Shown here: positions 11,391 to 22,841 of the stretch, one piece after another
Position numbering within the stretch: position 1 is the stretch's first letter
How the letters are laid out: each line of letters begins with the position of its first letter
Origin: Torpedo marmorata
Taxonomy: Eukaryota
Direction: 5' to 3'
DNA length: 61,649 nucleotides
Assembly (NCBI GenBank): GCA_977017645.1
Contig: OZ360240.1
Span: 64,294,001 to 64,355,649 of the forward strand
The notes under the pieces: model-generated
What the model was told of the DNA's origin: nothing
Database searches by the model: none
The model's input: only the letters and a program-made list of their open reading frames with translations
Program-made: the position numbers and the translations under genes

Positions 11391-12683
11391 GTCGAGTGAA
11401 ACATGATAGGCTGCAGATGCTGTGATTGTAGTAAACACATCGAAATGCTGGAGGAACTCAGCCGGTCTTTTCAGCATCTATAGGAGACAAAGATATATTG
11501 CCGACGTTTCGGGCCTGAGCCCTTCTTCAAGGAAAAATCAGAAAAGGCAGAAGCAGGATATATCAGAAAGTCTCAGAATTCAAACAATGGGGGAGGAATC
11601 CAGACCAACAAAAGGTGTTAATTGAATATGATACGGGACTATGTGAGAATTTATCATGTCTGTGCGAAAGGAGACAGGGAAAGGAGAGACGACAGGGGAA
11701 GAAGGGGGTGGTGCGGGGGGGAGGGGGGTTTAACGAAAGCCAGAGAAGTCGATATTAATTCCATCCGGTTGGAGGGTGCCCAGTCGGAAGATGAGGTGTT
11801 GTTCCTCCAATTTATGGGTAGTCTCAGTCTGGCAGTGCATGAGACCATGGTCAGACATATCGGCAAGGGAATGGGATGGAGAATTAAAATGGGTGGCCAC
11901 TGGGAGATTCATGCAATTGCGGCGGACAGAGCCAAGATGCTCAACAAAGCGATCTCGCAGTGTGCATCCTGTCTCTCCAATGTAGAGGAGACCACAGCGG
12001 GAGCACCGGATGCAGTAGATGACCCCTGCAAATTCACAAGTGAAATGTTGTTTCACTTGGAAGGACTGTTTGGGGCCCTGAATGGTGCTGAGGGAGGAGG
12101 TGTGGGCACAAGTGGAGCATCTCCTGCGGTCACAGGGGCAGGTCCCAAGGGGACGATTGGTGGGGAGGGAGGAGTGGACAAGGGAGTCACGGAGGGACTG
12201 GTCCCTGCGGAAGGCGGAGAGGGAAATATGTGTCTAGTGGTGGCGGAAATGGCAGAGGAGGATGTGTTGGATGCGGAGGCTGGTGGGGTGGTAGGTGAGG
12301 ACAAGGGGAATCCTATTCTTGTTGCATGTGGGGCCGGAGGGGGCCAGGGCAGATGTGCGGGTAATGGAGGATATGCGGGTGAGTGCCGAATTGATGGTGG
12401 TAGAGGGAAAACCACGTTGTTTGAAGAAGGAGGACATCTCTGATGATCTAGCATGGAAGTCCTCATCCTGGGTGCAGATGCGACGGAGACGGAGGAATTC
12501 AGAGAATGGAATGGAATCCTTACAGGGTGGGAAGAGGTGTAGTCGAGGTAGCTGTGGGAGTTGGTGGGTTTATAGAAGATGTGCGTCGAGAGTTTGTCTC
12601 CTGAGATGGAGACAGAGGGATCGAGCAAAGGGAGAGTGTTGCTAGAGATGGACCAAGTGAATTTGAGGTCAGGGTGGAAGTTG
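11391..12683 (-). mobile_element. Penelope-like element (RT C-terminus, GIY-YIG endonuclease, terminus), degenerate
   Basis: LSTHIFYKPTNSHSYLDYTSSHP; GVIYCIRCSRCGLLYIGETG...RFVEH...PVATHFN...EEQHLIFRLGTLQPDGIN. Confidence 0.9.
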
Positions 12684-13567
12684 GATGTACTCTGTATGCA
12701 TGTACATGTACAGTATGTACTCTGACAATAAATCTGAAATCAGAAATCTGAATCTGAGAGGCTGGTAGTTAGCAACACAACCACCTTCTCTATGACTTGT
12801 GTAATTACTATCTATCTATCTGTCTGCCACTGAAAATTAAGTACTATAGTATTAAATTTCATTATTTTTGGTTTTGAAAGTTTTGGGCATTTTTAAATTA
12901 TTTTAAAAACAGAAAATGCTGGAAACACAGCAGGTCAGGCAGCATCAATGGAAATAATCGTTTCTGGGGAAAAAAGCCATCAACAGGGAAAGATAAATCA
13001 TTTATTTTTATGTTACAGAGAGGTTGGGATTACGATGGATAAGACAAAGGAAGTATCTCAGATAGCGTGAAGCAGGTTACCATGGAGATAAGCAGTAGAG
13101 GACCTTTGGACCATGGGGACAGTTAAGAAAAGATGAAATAAAGAAAAGCTGTGGAATGAAGGCAGTTACAGTGAGAATAAAAACAAAGGAGTCTAAAAGT
13201 TGCAAAACGTAAGCTGTCAGACATGTCGAAAAGTTCAGGTGGTGCTAGCAGAAAGAGAAAAACTGGGTTAATACAAATGGCAGAAATGGTCAATTCTGAT
13301 ACAGACAGACGAAGATTAAAACTCTTCATTTTGGCCTTTTTATTCTCTCTCCCTCTCTTATTTATTTATTTTATCAATATTTATTTCCCTTTCTTTATTT
13401 CTCTTCCAATACTGATTTGACATTGAATTCACCCCCAATTACCTTCTGTCCTGCTAACTGAGGTAACACAGCTGCTGATTGTCTTGGTTACTCAGTCACC
13501 AGGGACTCTGTTTCCTTCTCGGTTCACCAACACTTCATACATTCAGTGTACATTCAGTTATTTTTGT

Positions 13568-13820
13568 GGGCAGCACGGTTAGCGTAGCGGTTAGCACAAC
13601 ATTATTACAGCGCCAGTGACCTGGGTTCGAATCCGGCTCTGTCTGTAAGGAGTTTGTATGTTCTCGCCGAGACCTGCGTGTGTTTTCTCCGGGTGCTCCG
13701 GTTTCCTCCCACGTTCCAAAGACGTATGTCGTTAGTAGGTTAATTGGTCACATGGGAGTAATTGGCTGATGTGGGCTCGTGCACGTTAGTGTGCTGTATC
13801 TCTGAACTTGAAAAAAAATT
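13568..13820 (+). mobile_element. HE1/V-type SINE
   Basis: A/B boxes, core and tail as in 166-445. Confidence 0.85.
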
Positions 13821-14704
13821 AAATTTTTAGGACTAAAAGTTTGTGTTCCAGTACAGTTACAACACCAGCATATACCCAGCAATGTTGAAAATTGTCTAGG
13901 TATGTCCTGCTCCAGAACATAGAGTCTTGATAAAGGGTCCCGACCCAAAACGTTGACTGACCATTTCTACCCATGGATGTTATCTTACCTGCGGAGTTCC
14001 TCCAGCAATTCTTTGCCTGCTCAGAACTGGTTAATTATCAGCATAATGCCTTTATTCAATGGAAGTGTTGTGGACAGTGATAACCCATGGCACTTCCTGG
14101 TTTGACTTTTATCAGAATCACCTGGCTCCAAACATTGCTCTAAACATTGATCTGAACGAATTGCAGTGGTGAGATGGAAGTGACCACCCTCATATCAAGG
14201 AAGCATTTGACCTTGTGTGGTACCAAAGACCCTGATAAAAGCTGGTCAGCAAGCATCATGCAGAAATACTCCAATGCACAGAAGTTGTGGTTGTGATTGA
14301 TGGAGGTCAATCATCCCAGCACCAGTTTCTCCCTGCAGGAGTTCCTTCATGCACTGACCTAGGCCTCTCCATCTTCAGCTACTTCATCCATTGTAAGGTC
14401 AGAGGTGGTGATGTCATTGATTGCACAATGTTCCCTTGCATTCACAATTCCTCAGCAAATGGAGGAGTTACTGCTTTGATTAAGAAATTAGTCATTAATT
14501 TCTTCTATATCACCTTCTGTAAGAGCCGTAGGCTTGGTTACTTACCATAATCGCGGCGTTCCGATGGTCTCAGCGGGTTTCGGAGGAGACACAGAGATTA
14601 GTAGGCCATGCTGGGGCCTCTTTAGTACTCTGCGCATGCGCGGGAGTGCCGACGGGCACATGCGCAGTGGGGAAGTGGTTGGAGCATGCACACTGGGGAA
14701 GTGA

Positions 14705-17546
14705 GTGCAGTATGCACGGTGGAGTATGTGTGGTGGAGTATGTGTGGTGGAGTATGCGTGGTGGAGTATGTGCGGTGGAGTATGCGTGGTGGAGTATGTG
14801 CGGTGGAGTATGCACGGTGGAGTATGCACGGTGGAGTATGCGCGGTGGAGTATGCGTGGTGGAGTATGCGTGGTGGAGTATGAATAGTGGAGTATGAATA
14901 GTGGAGTATGCGTGGTGGAGTATGCGTAGTGGAGTATGCGTAGTGGAGCATGTGCGGTGGAGTATGCACAGTGGAGTATGCGTAGTGGAGTATGCGTAGT
15001 GGAATATACGCTGTGGAGTATGCGTGGTGGAGTATGCGTGGTGGAGTATGCGTGGTGGAGCATGCAAGGTGGAGTATGCGTAGTGGAGTATGCGCGGTGG
15101 AGTATGCGTGGTGGAGTATGCGTGGTGGAGTATGCACGGTGGAGTATGCGCGGTGCAGTATGCGCGGTGGAGCATGTGCGGTGGAGTATGCGTAGTGGAG
15201 CATGCGTAGTGGAGCATGTGCGGTGGAGTATGCGCGGTGGAGTATGTGTGGTGGAGTATGTGTGGTGGAGTATGTGTGGTGGAGTATGCGCGGTGGAGTA
15301 TGCGCGGTGGAGTATGTGTGGTGGAGTATGTGTAGTGGAGTATGCGCGGTGGAGTATGTGTGGTGGAGTATGTGTAGTGGAGTATGCGCGGTGGAGTATG
15401 TGTGGTGGAGTATGTGTAGTGGAGTATGCGCGGTGGAGTATGCGTGGTGGAGTATGCGCGGTGGAGTATGTGTGGTGGAGTATGCGTAGTGGAGTATGCG
15501 CGGTGGAGTATGCGTAGTGGAGCATGTGCGGTGGAGTATGCACAGTGGAGTATGCGTAGTGGAGTATGCGTAGTGGAGTATACGCTGTGGAGTATGCGTG
15601 GTGGAGTATGCGTGGTGGAGTATGCGTGGTGGAGTATACGCTGTGGAGTATGCGTGGTGGAGTATGCGTGGTGGAGTATACGCTGTGGAGTATGCGTGGT
15701 GGAGTATACGCGGTGGAGTATGCGTAGTGGAGCATGTGCGGTGGAGTATGCACAGTGGAGTATGCGTAGTGGAGTATGCGTAGTGAAGTATACGCTGTGG
15801 AGTATGCGTGGTGGAGTATACACGGTGGAGTATGCGTGGTGGAGTATACGCTGTGGAGTATGCGTGGTGGAGTATACACGGTGGAGTATGCGTGGTGGAG
15901 TATACACGGTGGAGTATGCGTAGTGGAGCATGTGCGGTGGAGTATGCGTAGTGGAGTATGCGTGGTGGAGTATGCGCGGTGGAGTATGCGTAGTGGAGCA
16001 TGTGCGGTGGAGAATGCGCGGTGGAGTATGCGTGGTGGAGTATGCGTAGTGGAGTATGCGTAGTGGAGTATGCGTAGTGGAGTATGCGTAGTGGAGTATG
16101 CATGGTGGAGTATGCGTGGTGGAGTATGCGTGGTGGAGTATGCGTGGTGGAGCATGCAAGGTGGAGTATGCGTAGTGGAGTATGCGTAGTGGAGCATGCG
16201 TGGTGGAGTATGCGTGGTGGAGTATGCGTAGTGGAGTATGCGTAGTGGAGTATGCGTAGTGGAGTATGCATGGTGGAGTATGCGTGGTGGAGTATGCGTG
16301 GTGGAGTATGCGTGGTGGAGCATGCAAGGTGGAGTATGCGTAGTGGAGTATGCGTAGTGGAGCATGCGTGGTGGAGTATGCGTGGTGGAGTATGCAAGGT
16401 GGAGCATGCAAGGTGGAGTAGGCGTAGTGGAGTATGCGTGGTGGAGCATGCGTGGTGGAGTATGCGTGGTGGAGTATGCGTGGTGGAGTATGCAAGGTGG
16501 AGCATGCAAGGTGGAGTATGCGTAGTGGAGTATGCGTAGTGGAGCATGCGTGGTGGAGTATGCGTGGTGGAGTATGCAAGGTGGAGCATGCAAGGTGGAG
16601 TATGCGTAGTGGAGTATGCGTAGTGGAGCATGTGTGGTGGAGTATGCGCGGTGGAGTATGCGCGGTGGAGTATGCGTGGTGGAGTATGCGTGGGGGAGTA
16701 TGCGTGGTGGAGTATGCGCGGTGGAGCATGTGCGGTGGAGTATGCGCGGTGGTGTATGCGTGGTGGGGTATGCGTAGTGGAGTATGCGTGGTGGAGTATG
16801 CGTGGTGGAGTATGCGTGGTGGAGTATGCGTCGTGGAGCATGTGCGGTGGAGTATGCACGGTGGAGTAAGCACGGTGGAGTATGCGTGGTGGAGTATGCG
16901 TGGTGGAGTATGCGTCGTGGAGCATGTGCGGTGGAGTATGCACGGTGGAGTAAGCGCGGTGGAGTATGCGTGGTGGAGTATGCATAGTGGAGTATGTGCA
17001 GTGGAGTATGCGCGGTGGAGTATGCGTGGTGGAGCATGCAAGGTGGAGGATGCGTGGTGGAGTATGCGCGGTGGAGTATGCGTGGTGGAGTATGCGCGGT
17101 GGAGTATGCGTAGTGGAGTATGCGTGGTTGAGTATGCGTGGTGGAGCATGCATAGTGGAGTATGCATAGTGGAGTATGCGTGGTGGTGCATGCAAGGTGG
17201 AGTATGCATGGTGGAGTATGCGTGGTGGAGTATGCGTGGTGGAGCATGCGTGGTGGAGTATGCGTGGTGGAGCATGTGCAGTGGAGTATGCGTGGTGGAG
17301 CATGCGTGGTGGAGTATGCGTTGTGGAGCATGTGCAGTGGAGTATGCGTGGTCGAGTATGTGCGGTGGAGTATGCGTGGTCGAGTATGTGCGATGGAGTA
17401 TGCGTGGTTGAGTATGTGCGGTAGAGTATGCATGGTGGATCATGTGCGGTGGAGTATGCGTGGTGGAGCATGTGTGGTGGAATATGCGTGGTGGATTATG
17501 CGTGGTGGAGCAGGCGCGGTGGAGTATGCGCGGTGGAGCAAGCGCA
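14705..17546. repeat. 14-bp minisatellite (consensus GTGGAGTATGCGTG), 203 units
   Basis: 2842 bp = 203 x 14; 14-aa periodicity in all three open minus-strand frames. Confidence 0.97.
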
Positions 17547-17625
17547 AATCGGGGGAGAAGAAGTAGTATAAGAATATGGCGACTTAGAAGAGGGTGAGTG
17601 AGATTGTCATATCTTTCATTGACTG

Positions 17626-17697
17626 TTTAAAGTAACATTTAAAGTAACGTTTAAAGCAACGTTTAAAGCCACGTTTAAAGCAACGTTTAAAGGAACG
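17626..17697. repeat. 12-bp tandem repeat (TTTAAAGNAACG) in the BEL LTR
   Basis: 6 units here versus 4 in the 3' LTR (from ~28558). Confidence 0.85.
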
Positions 17698-18444
17698 TTT
17701 AAATGAGTGTTTGAAGAATCGTTATTAAGCATCGTTATTAAGAATTGTTTATATTTCGTTAAGTAAGATATTTAAGTCATTGAAGATTGCTACAAGTCAT
17801 CGTGTGTAAATAAAGTTTTGAACCGATTGGACATTAGTAAATTAATTGAAACGCGTCAAGAACAAGTTTCTCACCTAGCCTCCAAGTGACTATTTGTTGG
17901 ATTGAAGTCACTATATGTTTAGTCAATGAAAGTTTTATTGTTTAGAGGAGGAAAATTGAAGGAAAGAAGATAGAATAATCTCTCTGTGCTTTGGACTGAT
18001 ATTTAAAATAAAATGACGGCCATCTTGGAGATGCCTCGAGTTGGGGCAGTTTGTAATCCACATCCATCTGCCATGAATAACAGCCAGAGGGGGAGTTAAA
18101 GCTTCAAATTTTATGGTAAAGTGTCCTATAAATACATTGGAGAAACCATTTCTTGAAAATCAGCGATATTATTGACGGATGTTGTGGTGGAAACTCGTTT
18201 GTGAATAGCAGCACATTACAGTCATCTGAAGTGGTAGGCATAAGTCTGTGGACTCCTTCTGTGTATCTTTGGCAAGTTTGAACACAGATTGGATTTGCTG
18301 CTGCTGGTCCATTGGGGACTATTGATTTGGCTAGTGTTGTGTATGCTCGAAGGACAGTGGAACAAGACGAGATAAAATGGCCGCAGCAGCCGCTGATGCA
18401 GCAGCAGCTGACGCAGCAACCACTGATGTTGCTGTATTGAAGAC

Positions 18445-20980
18445 ATGAAGGTTGTGGATATTAAAGAAGAATTGAAGCGACTGAAACTAAATATAAGTGG
18501 AAATAAAAAGGTTCTCATCGCAAGACTGAAGCTGGCAAAGGAAGAAGAGGCGGCTTCTTTTGATGAACAAGAAGACAGCAAAGTGGAAATGGCTGAAATT
18601 GTGTCACCAAATGATGAAGAAAACAAAGAGGATGAAGATGCAAAGGAGGTACAATTCGGATTGGAGAAAGAGGTAAGTAAGAAGACAACATCAGACCTGC
18701 AGGACGAAATACAAGCATGTGACAGTGTCTCAAATGTTGAAAGCAGGAGAAGCAAAAGAAGTTCTTCTGGTTTAAGCTCCAGAGTTTCTCGTACTTCAAG
18801 TTCTGCATCGTCACATACAAAGATTGAAGTTAACTTGGCCGCTCTTCTTGCACGACAAAATCCTCTTAAGGATAAACATGTTTTAGAAGAACAGGAGGAG
18901 GAACTAAGAGAACAGGAGGAGCAGCTAAGGCAGAGACAACAGGAGGAGCAGTTAAGGCAGAGCCAACAGCTAAGGAAGAGACAGGAGCAGCTAAGACAGA
19001 GAAAGGAGCAGCAGGAGCTGGAAACAAATATTGCTATTGCCATGGCTAGAAAGAAGGTACTAGAAGGCTCAATGGTATCTGGTGCTCGGAGTAAATTATC
19101 TAAAGTGTATGGTAATAAAAAGTCATATATTAAAAAAGAGTCACAGGAAAAGAAACCAACCAAAAGGATAGATATTTTAGTACCAGGGGTACAAGACTTC
19201 CAAATACAAGGACAAATCCTTCAAGAGCATAGTGTTATCAAGTCACATGTACCAGTGGTAATATCTGAAGACAAAGCTGCGGCTTGGGTTCGGTCAAACG
19301 ATGCAGCTCCCTTGTTATTTGAGTCAAGCATCAGAAATACAGGAGAAACTACACCAGTGAGGTTTCCAGATATATTACCTGTAACAAGAGGCGGTGAACA
19401 GAGCAATGTATTGTCATCCAAGGGAAGACAAAATGAAATTGCTACATCATTAATTCAGTTACATTCTCTCTCTTCTTTGCCCAAGAAAGAGATACAAACC
19501 TTTGATGGTGATCCACTTCAGTACCAAGCATTCATGAGATCTTTCAAACGCAATATTGAAAATAAATGCCAAGAGCCTGATGAATGTCTTTATTATTTGG
19601 AAATGTTCACAAAGGGACATCCAAGAGAACTTGAAAATAGTTGTCAACATATGTCCTCAGAAAGGGGATTAGACAGAGCTAAGTCTTTACTGGAACAACA
19701 TTTTGGCAACAAGCATCGAATTGCTTTAGCTTATATGGATAAAGCTCTTAAATGGACATCAATAAAACAGAATGATGTAAAAGCTCTACAAGCATATACT
19801 CTCTTTTTAAGAGGATGTTGTAATGCCATGGAAGATATCGATAATATTCATGAGCTTGAAGTGCCTGGTAATATGCGAATCATCTTAGAAAAATTACCTT
19901 ACAAGTTGTGGGATAGATGGAGAAATTTGGCTTGTGATTTACAAGAAAATTACGGTTGAAGCCACCTTAAAGGATATGGTAAATTTTCTTTAATGACAGG
20001 TCTACATTGAAACAGATCCAATATATGGAAATACCAGAGACAATTCAATGGGGAACAAAGATGTAAGGAGGTCTAACTCACGGCCTAGTCCGAAATTGAA
20101 AAGGAGTACTTTTGCTACTAATGTGTCAGTTATAAATAAAGAAAAAGATAAAGTAAATAAGGAAAAGGAAAGTTTGACCAATGAGAAGAGTTGTTTGTTC
20201 TGTAAAGGTGGACATGCTTTGGAAATGTGTTTACGGTTGGAAAACAAGGAACATAATGAGAATATCGCTTTCTTAAAGGAAAATGGAATATGTTTTAGCT
20301 GTCTGTGTAAAGGGCACATCAGTAAAAACTGTAAGAAGCAACTTAACTGTAACATATGCAATTTGAAACATCCTAGAATGTTGCATATCCATCAAAGAAA
20401 CAAGGAATTAGAAAAGGAGCAAACAGAAACAAAGGAAACATCAGAAAACAATGTTATAACCTCGGTTCAGACAGTGTGGATAACTGCAAATTTTCAATAG
20501 TGCCTGTACAAGTCAAGACCAAGAAAGGGGATGCAACAGTACATACATATGCATTTCTAGATCCAGGCAGCACTGCATCTTTTTGCACGGAAGGACTAAT
20601 GAACAAACTTAATATTCAAGGAAGAAGGTCAAGAATTATGTTGAAAACCATGGGACAAGAAAAGGTCGTTGAAACCATCATTGTTTCAGGCTTAGAGGTT
20701 GCTGGATTGGATGACAAAATTTTTTGTGATCTTCCAAGTTTATATACTCAGAAGACTATGCCTGTGCACGAAGGAAACATTCCGCATCAAAATGATTTCC
20801 ATCATTTGTCTTATCTGTGAAAGGTTTATTTACCTGAAGTTAACTCTGAGATAGAAATTCTGATTGGTTCAGATGCACCAAAGGTTTTGGAGCCAGTAGA
20901 AGTAATACGGAGTAGAGGGAATGGACCTTACGCTGTTAGAACCAAGCTTGGTTGGACAATCAATGGACCATTGGAAAGAA
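18445..20980 (+). pseudogene. BEL gag-protease, broken by frameshifts and stops
   Basis: SAP-like N-terminus; LPKKEIQTFDGDPLQYQAF gag motif; CLFCKGGHALEMC, CFSCLCKGHISKNC, CNICNLKHPRMLH knuckles; AFLDPGSTASF protease; [11 protein letters not shown] motif. Confidence 0.88.
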
Positions 20981-21481
20981 ATAATGATATTGCTCAGGAA
21001 CAGTTAGCGATTAATATTAACAGGATTTTGGTTGTGAAAGTTGATGAGTTAAGGGAAGAGCAAAAGACTGTGAATAAGAAAGTCACTTTTGAAGAAAAGA
21101 AAATAGTTCAATGTGAAAATAAATCAAAGGTATTTAAAACAACATTGAAGGAATTATTTTCACCAGAAATGGATGAAAATGAAGTATTAGAAGATGTTGC
21201 AAATAATACGAGTGATTATTCCTGTGTAATTGAATCAGAGGCAGGAATAAAACAAGTGACTGAGAACAAATTTGAAAGTAGATTTTTTAGTTCGGAGGTT
21301 ACAGCAGACAAAGTCAATGAAGAAATGTTGCAATGTGATGATAAAACTGGAGAACATAGAAAATTGTGCTGATGGAATAAATAAGAATGTGAATGATAAT
21401 TTAATGCAATTGAATTCAGAGAACAAAATGTTGAAAGGGGAATTGGAAATATTGGATAATCATGAAAACAGTAAACAGAAA

Positions 21482-21787
21482 GATTTAATTGTAAGTAAAA
21501 TTCGCAAAGTCAGAAAGCGGAAGAAAAGAATAACTGCTGAAGAAATAAATACAGTTATTGAGGGAAGAGATTCAGCATTATCAAGATGTAAAAGGTTGGA
21601 GGAAGAGATTAATATTTTGAAAGAGAACAAGTTATTCGTTAATAACACAAAACAGTTGATTATAGAAAACAATCAAGAATGTAAATTGAATGTTCAGCTA
21701 CTAACAATGCAGAAAGAAAGTGATATTGCATTGCAGAAATGTAACAAGCAAGATGAAGAAATTGAAAAATTTCAAGTTTACCACAGC
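21482..21787 (+). pseudogene. MIPOL1: Captured intronless MIPOL1-like coiled-coil fragment inside the BEL element
   Basis: KRITAEEINTVIEGRDSALSRCKRLEEE...NNTKQLIIENNQE...LLTMQ...EEIEKFQVYHS aligns by eye with recalled human MIPOL1 RITAEEMSALIEERDAALSKCKRLEQE...NNMRHLTAENNQE...LLSMQ...EEIQTLRVYYS. Needs a BLAST check. Confidence 0.78.
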
Positions 21788-22713
21788 AGGGTTGACCAAT
21801 GTATCACATGTGTTATGGACCATGACTGACCATTTGGACTGCGGACGGTCAGCAGGAAGGATGAAGTCTTTTGGAGTATACACTGGGGCCAGGTACTGAA
21901 AGAGTTAACTTCCACAGGACTTGGTGTACCCAGACAGAGAGAGAGACAAGCTGTGGACAAAGATACATTGTTGCACTTTTGGTGTACCCAGACAGAGAGA
22001 GACCAGAGAGAGAGAGACAGACTGTGGACAAGATACATTTGTTGCACTTTTGCAAAAAGCAGGTGTAGATCTCTACAAGAAGCAGACAGTTGTAAGTTGC
22101 AAAGGCTAGAGAACACAGCCAAATCCAGGCGTGTGCATAGTCAGAGAAAAGACTGGCAGAATAGCACATGGCCTCCTGTCTCAGAGAAATTCTGAGAAAA
22201 AGCAACTTCTGTGGAGAACAGGCGTGAGATCAGCGAGACTAGCTGTGAGATTCAAGCATACGCCTAAATCAGTGGTATACTGATCTGGAACTTGCAATCC
22301 TTATGAACGTACCAGAAGGGGACGTCATCAGAGAAGAAAACAGTGTCTCTCTCCAACGTTCATTCAGAAGTACTCCTACCAGACACAGAGCTGAATTTGA
22401 AGCCTGAACTTAGAGAGTGAATTTTGTAGACTGTATTATCCTTTTTTTTGACTGACTTGTTTTTTATGACTGACCTGGGGTTTTTGGGGAAAGTTTTTCT
22501 ATTTTTACATAAGGGTTGGGCACAGACTGTAATGGTCTGGGCTTTACACACACACACACACTCCTTTTAGATAAGAATAGTGTTTATAGACGTTTATAGT
22601 GGGGTTAATTGTTGTGAAATTATATGTTTAATTGTGTTTAATAAATATAAATTTCAATTTTACCCCTTTTGCATTGCGTCTTCTGTCGTTGCTGGTTTGA
22701 TTTTGTAACAAAT

Positions 22714-22738
22714 CGGGGGCTCGTCCTAGGATTTGAAT
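22714..22738 (+). promoter_or_regulatory. Primer binding site, tRNA-Pro
   Basis: CGGGGGCTCGTCCTAGGATTTGAA versus tRNA-Pro complement TGGGGGCTCGTCCGGGATTTGAA, 3 nt after the 5' LTR. Confidence 0.85.
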
Positions 22739-22841
22739 CAAAATCCATCTTGGTAATTGAAGGAATCCCAGTTTGGTTTAAGGCATTCCTTTTGTAAAGC
22801 TAATTAAAAGCTAGTGTGTGTGTAACGCAAAACCAGCAACA

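Larger units (their letters stand above)
14518..17915 (+). repeat. BEL 5' LTR (3398 bp, inflated by minisatellite)
   Basis: TGTAAGAGCC...GAAGTCACTATA, colinear with 28251-28825 apart from tandem-repeat copy number. Confidence 0.92.

Noticed and set aside
14542-17471. Three ~950-aa His/Thr/Pro-rich ORFs on the minus strand
   Set aside because: Artefact of a 14-bp repeat with no minus-strand stop codons; all three frames give the same 14-aa period.
14705-17546. CRISPR-like or telomeric array
   Set aside because: Contiguous units with no unique spacers, no cas genes, not TTAGGG, and a vertebrate context.
18222-19163. 313-aa Ser/Cys/Leu-rich antisense ORF
   Set aside because: Mirror of the Glu/Gln-rich gag coiled coil.
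21272-21829. A genuine exon of the host MIPOL1 gene
   Set aside because: Lies between BEL LTRs, lacks introns and clear splice sites, and is truncated; treated as captured cargo.
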